A stretch of 64,000 nt of DNA, from NCBI RefSeq assembly GCF_033153115.1, contig NW_026889774.1:10850001-10914000 (forward strand), written 5' to 3'. The DNA comes from Saccostrea echinata (taxonomy: Eukaryota). The translations under genes and the position numbers were made by a program. Each line of letters begins with the position of its first letter. Position 1 is the first letter of the stretch. The notes beneath the pieces are model-generated. The model was not told where the DNA came from. It searched no databases and saw nothing but the letters and a program-made list of their open reading frames with translations. Shown here piece after piece: positions 24,951 through 35,685 of the stretch.

Positions 24951-27900
24951 ATGTTTAAACAGTTCCAGTATTGTTCTCTGTGTCGTTTCAGCCATAAAAA
25001 GAAGAGGAAACATATTTATTCCATCAGGCATCAAAATGTAGTTAATAATATATTGGAAAAGTATTTGAAAAAGGTAAAAAATTTACTGCTTGTGTCATGG
25101 AGGACAGTTAATCTCTCTTTGATATCTTTTTTAGTTCACCTAAGTTTCTCTGGTTACGGTTTCTCCATCGTCTGCTTTGTGTTTATTGTTTTTTGTCATT
25201 ACCTTTTTTGGTTTTCAACTTCTTGAGAAACTCTAAATCAATTTCACCATGTTGACCACAGACACTTGTTTCCTGTACAGGGCACCCCCTACTTATATTT
25301 CCCACAAGATACCTAACTCAATTTCAGGCAACTCACTTCAAGCCAGTATTCTTAGCAATTCATTAATCATTAACCAACTTCAATAAGACATAGTTCGCTT
25401 CTAGAGACTTTTTTTTTTCAAATATATCGTTCCAGACGTCCTTGGTCAAGCCTCTTTATTGTAAACCACTCGTTTACTCCTCGAAAATTACCTAACAACA
25501 TTTTAAGACTTTTCGACAGGATACATCAACTTCCAGTTATGGTTATAGTGTAGGATAAAACCAGAGACTTCCAAACTTTTCATTCTGAAGTCTCTGGTTT
25601 TATAATCAAGAGCTTTGACCAAGGACATTTTGGAACGATATATTTGAAAAGGAAAAAGTCCCTAGAAGTGAACTATGTCTTATTGAAGTAGGTTAATGAT
25701 TGATAAATTGATAAAATGCTGACTTGAAGTGGGGGTGCCTGAAATTGAGTTAAGTACCTAGTGGTAAAAATAAGTAAGGGGTGCCTTGTATACAAAACAA
25801 GTGCCTGTGATGTTGACCAATGGGGCGAGAGCAGTTGAGTATATAACTGGATACCTTTTCACCTGTAACTTAGATCCATCTCTCAATCGCACGAGGCAAA
25901 TGATAGTTGCATTTCCATAACATAGTCTTATATCAAAGAGCGTCTTATCTACTGTCTACATTTCCATTAAAGCAAGAATGAAGATGAATTTATTTACTTT
26001 TTGGTGATCATTTCTTTGGTGAAGAACATGAGCCAAAGAGCAGTACCACAGTTGTGAAAAAAACAGTGTATTTTGGGTAAAATTGTGGGGACCTGAGGTT
26101 AGGTCATTCCAAGTTTTTTCTCTGTTTAGCGTTCACCCATCTTTCAAAAACCTAGCTAGTACCTACCTATTTGTAAAAAACACACAAACCAAAAAATAAA
26201 ACAAAGAATTTATAATCATAAAAATGAGGTCAATCAAAGGATTTGATTTCATTAATCTGTTTTTCTCATAGAAAGATATATTCCATCTTTGCTAGCCAAG
26301 GGTTTCTGATACGCTACTCTCCTCATAAACCCTTGGCATACGGTGCTGACAAAAGATGGGATTGTTTTTGTCATGTGATCATGATTCTTACCAGGTACGA
26401 ACAGATTGCGTCATCGACAGAAATAAAAAGCGTATTTAAAAAAATTTTGTTTTTAAAGAATAATTAACAAGAAGGTATCGAGTTATGTTAATTTGTTATT
26501 TAAACATGTAAAAATGCAAATCTACATCTTCAGTATAGATTCTTAATCACATATTTTGCACGTAGCTTTAGATATTGGATGACACCATATAGCTATTCAT
26601 AGAATGGCATGTTATCTTACGGATCATTGTTTACTTGCATTTTACATTACCGATATTAAAGAGTCAAGATATATCCCGAACGCAAATATTGTCATTTACA
26701 AAAAACAATTGCTGATTGGTTGAATGATGTCGATCAACTCCAATCACAACTTGAGAAAAAAATCCCAACTTTTTTTAACACCGTATGCCAAGGGCTTATG
26801 AGGAGAGTAGCGTATCAGAAACCCTTGGCTAGCAAAGAATGATATATTCTGAAGCAAAATCAGGATATTAAATGCTTAAAGTGTACCTAACATGACATAT
26901 TGTAGACAAATATTTAGAGAAATTGACAGAATTCAAAGATTTTGACCAGAATAATCAGTTTTGGGACAGCCCCTTATCCCGCAGTCACCACCGGGTAGTG
27001 GGTCTATAGGATAATATCATTTTTAACAATTAACAGAAGGTTCTTTTTACAATCTGAGCACTAATGAACAATGTATAATGTCCCAGTTTACATACAGATG
27101 TTTGTAGGGGTGTGTTATAATATTAAACTTTAAATTTCATTTTTCTTATTTTAGATGACTGAAGCCAGGTCCTCTTTAGAATCTCCACAAATTCAAAGTT
27201 CACATTTTGAAAGAGGAGCCAAATTTTGGTGTCATTTTTGTGCAGAGGAATATCTAAAACACATGGAGCTTGACACGTGTACTGTTAAATATGGTGGTCT
27301 CCTAGAGCACATTGCAAGGTGTTTACAAATTATACATAACAGAAAATATTTCTAAAATAGATGTAGATTTGACCAGATAAGCAGCTGGTTATACAGGGTA
27401 CATATTTGGAATTCTGCAAGTATTAAAATATTTAGTTATTACTCAGCATGAGCAAAAGTGTGTTTTATCCAATACTGAGACACAGTGTAATGTCACTCTT
27501 GGACTAATACCTTGATTTTTGGCATTTTAGTTATTCAACATCTAAATATTTACACCTTTTAAATGCTACTTGTTGAGCTTCCAAAATTTGATTTGGTATC
27601 TAAGCACATATGATAGGATTATTAAACAGTTTTATGAATTTTAGATAAATAATTTGTTATTACAGTTTTGACCATAAGAGGAAAATGTACAATTTCTTCT
27701 ATGAGAACAAAGTGGATGAGAGCAAAAGACATCCAGATCTATTCCACATGCCAGAGGAGGATCTGAAGAAGTAATTGATAACACACATTTTCATTGGCTA
27801 AGATTTAATTGAGAAGCTTTTTAAAAAAATATGTTTCTCTGTGTATTTTGGACGTTGCAAAATAATCTCATAATGGGAAAATTTCATTGTGTTGTCAGAA

Positions 27901-28588
27901 TGAATATAAGAGCAAAACATGCCATATCAATCACTAGTTTCATGTACATGTATTTTTGTTAAAATCATGAGGGAGTCTAGAAAGCTCTTTTTATTATACA
28001 GTAAAACATGCTATAGTGAACACACTTATAATGAATTTACTCTTATAGTGAAGTGATTTTTGTTCCCCTTGGTTTTAAATACCGTATAAGCAGAAATTTA
28101 AGAAATTTAAGCAGAGGATTTAATTTTGGCATTATAAGCGAGCTAGGGTACTGAGATCGCTAGAATTGAATATCGCTAAAAATTAATTGCGTTTTATTTG
28201 TAATAGCTTCTTTAGTGAGCATGTTAAAATTGTTAAAATTACTTCTTGCTTAAAATAAAATACCAATTTTTAAGAACAAATCACTAAATTTGCGTCTCGC
28301 TAAAATTTCCACTTATACAGTAGTATTATGAACTTAACAGATATAACAAATTACATTTATAAGGGGAAAATTGGTCCATCCCTGGCACTTTGCCTCTAGT
28401 CTTAAATTACTCTAGTCTCATTGGTCAGTGAAAATTAAAAAAAAAGTATTTTCTCAGATAAAAAAAAAAAAAACAATCTGCAGGTTTCAAGAGAAAGTTG
28501 CCATTTATGCAAAGAAATATGATGCTGGAAGAAAGGAGAAAATAGAAAAGGTATTTGATTTTAAGAATGCATTTTTTGGTTATAATTA

Positions 28589-28631
<43 letters not shown>

Positions 28632-28687
28632 CATTTGGTCTGTAGTCCGTCTGTCCGTCCGTCCGTCTGTAAACTTTTCACATTTTT

Positions 28688-28718
<31 letters not shown>

Positions 28719-30463
28719 CGACCAAACTTGCCACAAAGTATCCTTGGGTGAAGGGGATTCAAGTTTGAACAAATAAAGGGCCACGCCCTCTTTCAAGGGG
28801 AGATAATAAAGAATTAGTGAAAAATTAATAGAATCATTTAAAAATCTTCTTCTCAAGAACCACAAAGCCAGGGAAGATGAAACTCATGTGGAAGGATCCT
28901 CAGGTAGTGTAGATTCAAATTTGTTCAAATCATGACCCCCGGGGGTAGGGCGGGGCCACAATGGAGGATCAAAGTTTTACATAGAAATATATAGGAAAAA
29001 CCTTTAAAAATCTTCTTCTCAAGAACAGCAAAGCCATGATGAGTCATATTTATATGGAAGCATCCTCAGGTAGTGTAGATTCAAGTTTGTTCAAATCCTG
29101 ACCCCCGGGGGTAGGGCAGGGCCACAATGGAGGATCAAAGTTTTACATAGAAATATAAAGGAAAAACCTTTAAAAATCTTCTTCTCAAGAACAGCAAAGC
29201 CATGATGAGTCATATTTATATGGAAGCATCCTCAGGTAGTGTAGATTCAAGTTTGTTCAAATCCTGACCCCCGGGGGTAGGGCAGGGCCACAATGGAGGA
29301 TCAAAGTTTTACATAGAAATATATAGGAAAAATCTTTAAAAATCTTTTTCTCAATAACAGCAAAGCCCAAATTGGTCATATTTATATGAAAGCATCCTCA
29401 GGTAGTGTAGATTCAAGTTTGTTCAAATCATGACCCCTGGGGGTAGGGCGGGGCCACAATGGAGGATCAAAGTTTTACATAGAAATATATAAGAAAAATC
29501 TTTAAAAATCTTCTTCTCAAGAACAGCAAAGCCATGATGAGTCATATTTATTTGGAAGCATCCTCAGGTAGTGTAGATTCAAGTTTGTTCAAATCATGTC
29601 CCCCGGGGGTGGGGCGGGGCCACAATGGAGGATCAAAGTTTTACATAGAAATATATAGGAAAAATCTTTAAAAATCTTTTTCTCAATAACAGCAAAGCCC
29701 AAATTGGTCATATTTATATGAAAGCATCCTCAGATAGTGTAGATTCAAATTTATTCAAATCCTGACCCCCAGGGGTAGGGCAGGGCCACAATGGAGGATA
29801 AAAGTTTTACATAGAAATATATAAGAAAAATCTTTAAAAATCTTCTTCTCAGGAACAGCAAAGTCCTGATTGATCATATTTAAATGGAAGTATCCTCAGG
29901 TAGTGTAGATTCAAGTTTGTTCAAATCATGACCCCCTGGGGTAGGGTGGGGCCACAAAGGAGGATCAAAGTCTGAAATAGAAATGTATAGGAATATATCT
30001 TCTGATGAAGAACTGCAAAGCCATGATTAGTCATTTTGATATGGAAGCATCCTCAGGTAGTGTAGATTCAAGTTTGTTAAAATGATGACCACAGGGGATA
30101 GGGATGGGGCATAATGGGGGATCGAAAATTTTACATAGGAACATATAGGAAAATATCTTCTTCTCAAGAACTGAAAATCATGTTTAGTCATTTTGATATG
30201 GAAGCATCCTCAGGTAGTGTAGATTCAAGTTTGTTCAAATGATAACCCCTGGGATAGGGAGGAGCCACAATGGGGGATCAAATTTTTACAAAGGAATATA
30301 TGGGAAATTTTTTTTTAAAATCTTCTCAAGTACAACAAAGCCATTTGTTATATTGACATGGAAGCATCATCAGGTAGTTTAAAATTCAAGCCCCCCCCCC
30401 CCCCCCCCCCCCTTGTAATCTTTTCAATACTGAACTGATTTGTGCTTTTGCCTTGCCAATGTG

Positions 30464-30499
<36 letters not shown>

Positions 30500-31677
30500 A
30501 ATTTTTACCTTCACTGCAATGTTTATTTGATGCAAAAACTTTTGTTTTTAAATCAAGAAGGTAGATTCATTTATATTAAATTTCCCATTTTTTTTTCCAG
30601 ACAGCAATCCGAATAAAAATCACAGAGGCTGTTAGGAAACAAATGGTGCAGTCGCAGCAGTTGTCCATGGTGCAGGTGTGTGGGGCCTGAATCGTATCCA
30701 TAAAATCAGGGTTAATTCTATGTCAGGGTCATGGGTGTCTTTTGTTGAGGTATTCCCATCTATGGCCAACATTGTCATGTAAACCTACATATGGAGTCTG
30801 AATCAATTTTGATGACTGGAATCAGTCAACTAAGCTTTAAGTAAAAAAAGTATAGTATTGTTGTGTTTCATCTCATTTATTCACTTGAATAAGAACCATA
30901 TAGCCTGTTCATTTAACAAGAGTTGAATTGCCCTCTCTTATGAATTAGAATAATAATCAGTGGTTTATAAATGTATCACCTGAAGTAAAATTTTTAATCA
31001 GTTTGTAGGAAAGTTGTGAGACAGAGGAAAAAATTCTTTTCTAAATGTATACCGGGTACTTCAATGTATTTTAATAGGGAAAAAAAATCCTTGTAGCTTT
31101 TGATAGCAACTTTGAACCAGATCCAATAAAAAATCCCCCCCCCCCTTGTCCAATTTTCTTAGCAGTGAGGGTGTTTCTTATGCCAAGTATGGTACCTTAT
31201 TTCTTGTTTCTGATACTTTGATCTACATTTTGTCACACTCATTTTCTGACAGGAATTTAAAATGTGTGTTGTCATCAGGAGAAATTTAATACCTGAGCAT
31301 CATTGGTCAATGTTTCACTCACTCACTCATAACAAAATCATGTATTAATCATTATAATTAGAGCTATGCATCAGAAACTGTCAATAAAAGTAACCATATG
31401 AGCCAGTTTAATCTCAGAATAGATATTAAAAAAATACCGTAGACTTAGAAATCGGAAAAAAAACTACAGGAGTTGGCAAACCTACATTGTGTAATGTTAT
31501 CAGTTACATTACTGGTAATATTTTCAATAAATGAAATACTATGATTTCTCCCTATTTAAAGTCCCCAATAAGTAAAGTAATACATGTACCATGTAATTAA
31601 ACAAAAAATTAAAAACCTTGAATGAAATGTTTCACATGTAAAAGTGGATGTACATGTAAATCAAAGGTGGACATAGT

Positions 31678-31708
<31 letters not shown>

Positions 31709-34700
31709 GGGAGCTTCATATATCTAGACAACCCCTAGGATATTTGGTATAAAATTAATTTGTGATATACATGTACAACATGGCTTTGGAACAAAGTCAA
31801 CAAACAACCAACTTCTTCCTTAAATTTTCAATGTATACATTATTTATATGAAATAGAAAACAAATTTCCTGTGTGAAATCCTATCTCTAGTCTACTGCCT
31901 ATTAATATTTTATCAAATATTGTTTTTCTAGCCATTTTTAGTTTGCTTTAAAACTTCCATGCTGGAGACATCAGAAATAGAATGCAATGAAAAGTAAACA
32001 GTATTTCACAGTGTATGAGAAATTAATATTTTTAGAAATTCCTTGTGCATAGCTCTAGTCTTAATGATTGCTAATTATGAACCATTTGCACATTTAATTA
32101 TAATCTGTTCCTGAACAAAACTACAGCCCCAGATTATTGAAAATACAACTCCTGAAAGAAGAAATGTTTTGAATTACGTAAGTCCTGGGACAGTTCTAGA
32201 GAAGAAAGCAACATTGCTAGCCAAAGGTGATGGACTGACATTTATTGGTAGTCATGTGAGTAGCTTTATACTTATGATAATCAGTTTAGAATATCTAGAA
32301 AATTAAGCATGACATAATTCATGAGAATTTAAAGAGGACACTTTTTCTGTGTTTGAGTGCACCATGCACACAGAATAATGTAAAAATAAATAGCAGTTTT
32401 TATGAAATAAAATGCCTTGTGTATTTATATTTTGTAATTTGTACTGTATATGCAGGTGTACAACAGTAAAGAGGGCAACATTCACTCAGGAGCCCCTCCT
32501 CCCTGGCTGTTGTCCTCAAATGAGGAGTCTACCAATAATGAGATAGGTCCTACTGAGGAAACTTTTAAGGCTCACTGTAAGTAACTGAATTTGTAGTATT
32601 CATCTGTCCTTTTTCTAGATGTATCATAGATTCTTTTGTGAATCTTCTTTGTGTTTTTATGTTTAATTTTACGATTCATTTCAATGATTGCTAGTTTTTC
32701 AGAATCAATGAGTTTTTTCATGTCACTTTTGTTAATATTAACTAATATATTGAAAATATATTTTGGTTACTTCCTAAGCAGAAGACATTTTGAAATGAAA
32801 TTTCTTATAGTAAAGTAACTTACACTGTTTTTCAGTTCTCTAAACAATTAATTGTCTATACTTACAAACTGCATAAAACATTTTAGAGAAATTATGAAAT
32901 AAACTTGTATTACCTCAGTCATATATTACATGTGCTGTAGCACAATTTCATAGCCAAATATAGTTTTGTTTTTTTTTTTTTTTTAGTGGAGAGGGAAAAG
33001 AAAAAGAAACTTCCTGCGAACAGAGTGGGTGCCAATTTTGATCACCAGCAGAACACAGATCAGTCATGGCTTCCATCCTTTGGGAGGGTGTGGAGTAAAG
33101 GGGGCAGGCAGCAGTCAAAGTATGTCATTGTCCAAAGGCTGGCTAGTTTGAAATATTTGATGATGCAGAAGCCTTGTTTAAAGATTTTTAGCTCTACTGG
33201 TCAGAGACCAGTAGAACTTATGTGATAGTAAGGTATCTGTCATCCATCTCTCCATCTGTAAACAATTTTTCTAAATTTTAATTTTCCTACAGTTTTGGTC
33301 TGATTTCAATATAACTTGGCACACAAGTAGACTACACTAAGGTTCATAATTCTGTATTTTGGTTTTTTGATTTCAATGAACGGTATTGCCATGGTTATTA
33401 AAAATAGAAATTTCAGTGAAATGCTTTCAAAATGCTACTCCTCCTGCAGTTTTGGTCTGATTTCAATATAACTTGGCACACAAGTAGACTACACTTAGAT
33501 ACATACTGTAATTCTGTTTTATCATTTTTTTGATTTTGATGAATGGTGTTGCCATAGTTACTGATACTAAAAATAGAAATTTCTGTGAAATACATTCAGA
33601 ATGCTACTCCTACTACAATTTTGGTATGATTTCAATGAATGGAGTTGCCGTGGTTAGTATAAATAGAAAATACTCTAAAATTCTTTCAAAAGGCTACTCT
33701 CCTACAGTTTTAGTCGGATTGCAATGAATCTTGTCACAAAAAGAGACTAAACCAAGGATCATTATTCTGTTTATTGCTGCTGCAAAGTTTCAAGTCCAAG
33801 TGCTACTTTTCTCTTCCTTTGTTATAAGTACAAACCAGTAGAGCTTCAGTCTTGTCAGAGACTTCTGGTTTTGTATTAGCAATGTAGTAATCCTTCACTG
33901 AGATCATTTATTTGGAAACTAGTTAGTTTTAAGGGTATATAAATAAATAATCAATGCATAATTATTTTAATATATTTACGGTGACACCGTTGTGGCAAGC
34001 GCAGTTGTGTACCATAAAAAAAAGCTTACATAGCTTACACTTTAAATTTTGATCCGCCTCTTCAAACTTCAAAACTGCACAAGACAGTCTAGACTGTGAC
34101 ATCACATGACGTATGTAAGTTGTATTTCCGTAACTGAGTCAAAATAGGCCTTTTGCAGTTTTGTAACAAAAGGTATTGTAGAGTACCGGTAGATGCAATT
34201 ATTATTTGTTTCGTTTAAGCTTTCTGCAAGAACTAAATCTTAATACTTGATATTTGTGGTACTGTTTATTCACCATTATCGCTTGGAATCATTGTAGCGA
34301 AGGAATTCTGGGAAGGTTTCATAGAAAAATTTGCTTGATGAATATACAGATTTTATTTCGAATTTTCTCTGTTCTTACATGTTAGTCTATTGAGCTCACT
34401 GTGCTTGCTATAAGAAAAATTCATGTGTGCAAATTTCAAATTTAGAAATTTCATTTAACAGTGCATAGCACTTTGCACTATGCCAAAAGGAATACATTTC
34501 TAGAAAATAAAGTTAATTCATGTACATGCATGGAGTTCGAGATAACGAGGTTTGACTCTATATGGGAACTGTATTTTGGTACTTTAACTATGGAAAAATT
34601 ATTTGCAGAAAGTATTTCCAAAGACAACATTCTACAAAGAAGATTTCACCTAGTTCAACATATCAGGCAACTAGTTCAAGAGAAACTGGTTCCTCCAGTT

Positions 34701-35221
34701 TGACAAATAATACTGCAAATGACCTGCATTTAGCAACAGACAGTATAGTTAATTTCAATGGTGAATATCCTTTTCATTCTAACATTGACACCAACTCCTC
34801 AAACATTTCACAAGTGGCCCTGAATGTGGAAAATCCAGTTAGTGACTTTTCAGGATTTCAGCTGGACCAGAGTGGAGTTATGGGGTCAGATGCAAGTTTT
34901 TCATATGTTCCTGGAAATGTAAAACCATATGTGAAAAAACATAGGATTGAAAATTCAACATCACTCAGTGAAGTTGTTGGGTATGCAGAGCACCATGTAT
35001 TTGAATCATTTCAACATCAGAATCAGACTGGTGTTGAAAATGCATTTGTGAACCATTCGTCTATATCAAGAAATGTGAAACCCTACGTTAGAAAACGACA
35101 TGTGGAAGAAGCAGGGTCATCTCATTCACAACTTGTAGATTTCATTCCTATGATACCAACACCAATTTTGGATGCTCAATCACATCCGGCAAATTCCAAA
35201 CTAAAGAAAAGAGCAGGATGA
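24951..35221 (+). CDS. CCDC84: Centrosomal AT-AC splicing factor (CENATAC/CCDC84), minor spliceosome component
   Basis: Exons: 24951-25073, 27155-27318, 27666-27770, 28484-28550, 30601-30675, 32127-32255, 32456-32576, 32987-33119, 34609-35221, all phase-consistent. Two N-terminal zinc fingers (CSLC..HIYSIRH; [18 protein letters not shown]) and the C-terminal motifs [25 protein letters not shown] and WLPSFGRVW are typical of CCDC84. Confidence 0.94.
25257..25809. mobile_element. Foldback MITE with ~190-bp arms and an 8-bp TSD
   Basis: Ends CACAGACACTTGTTT and AAACAAGTGCCTGTG. Perfect TSD ATGTTGAC at 25249-25256 and 25810-25817. Confidence 0.9.
26284..26841. mobile_element. MITE with ~60-bp TIRs and an 8-bp TSD
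   Basis: CATCTTTGCTAGCCAAGGGTTTCTGATACGCTACTCTCCTCATAA..., with its reverse complement at 26778-26841. TSD ATATATTC on both sides. Confidence 0.92.
27997..28386. mobile_element. Tc1/pogo-like MITE remnant with a nested MITE (28080-28322)
   Basis: Outer start TACAGTAAAACATGCTATAGTGAAC. Inner TIRs TACCGTATAAGCAGAAATTT and AAATTTCCACTTATACAGTA, with TA ends. Confidence 0.55.
28590..30497 (+). mobile_element. Complete HINE (Helentron-associated, pearl/CvA-like) carrying ~9-10 Cg170/HindIII-type satellite monomers, in CCDC84 intron 4
   Basis: 5' TAGCTCACCTGAGCCGAAGGCTCAAGTGAGCT (subTIR + IR), a (GTCC/GTCT)n microsatellite and ~165-bp tandem monomers. The 3' end has CTCAGGTGAGCG plus the palindrome GGCCCATGGGCC and CTCTTGTT. 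T-rich insertion site. Confidence 0.93.
30676..30701 (+). promoter_or_regulatory. Competing U2-type (GTGTGT, 30676) and U12-type (GTATCCAT, 30694) 5' splice sites of CCDC84 intron 5
   Basis: The 18-nt extension GTG TGT GGG GCC TGA ATC contains an in-frame stop. A U12-like branch point TTCCTGAAC is at 32108-32116, 10 nt before the exon start at 32127. Confidence 0.7.
33188..33870 (+). mobile_element. HINE-like element of a second family with ~160-bp internal repeats, in CCDC84 intron 8
   Basis: 5' TTAGCTCTACTGGTCAGAGACCAGTAGAACT, (TCCA)-like microsatellite and repeated CAGTTTTGGTCTGATTTCAATATAACTTGGCACACAAG units. The 3' end has CCAGTAGAGC plus the hairpin AGTCTTGTCAGAGACT and CTGGTT. Confidence 0.75.
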
Positions 35222-35685
35222 ATTTTGTGTTTGGTTACGTATTGTTTGTAAACTTGTTTTCTGACTTATTATAAAAACATATTTAGTAAACACTTTTTCT
35301 TTAATAGAAAATTTTAATTAAAACATGAACACATTGTACAAATTGCTCAAGAAATGTATAATGATTTTTGTATAAAGGTTATGTACAAAAGTTTCAACAA
35401 CAACAAAAAACTGGATTATAAAAATGCAAATTTTTCAAAGCACTAAGATTACATGTGTATTTTGCAAATTTCAATGAATAATAAACATTTTTCTGCTGGA
35501 AAAGAAGTTGTAATAGACCTTTCAAAATGGATATGGAGATTGTCAAGATGCATGTATAGAGTATTTTGAAGGAGGGGGGAAGGGGGGGGGGGGTAATGTT
35601 TACTAGGTATGGATTATTGGTTAACTGAAATGACTTCATGTACACACAATTGAATAGAAATTAGATTGCCTCTATAATGGAAGTG

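Noticed and set aside
24702-25226. 174-aa ORF as a single-exon gene
   Set aside because: Only 24951-25073 is CCDC84 exon 1. The rest is promoter and intron read-through from a TTG start.
25257-25809. RAG-like/Transib transposon ends (CACAG heptamer-like)
   Set aside because: The TSD is clearly 8 bp rather than 5 bp, and there is no nonamer-like motif or RAG-like ORF.
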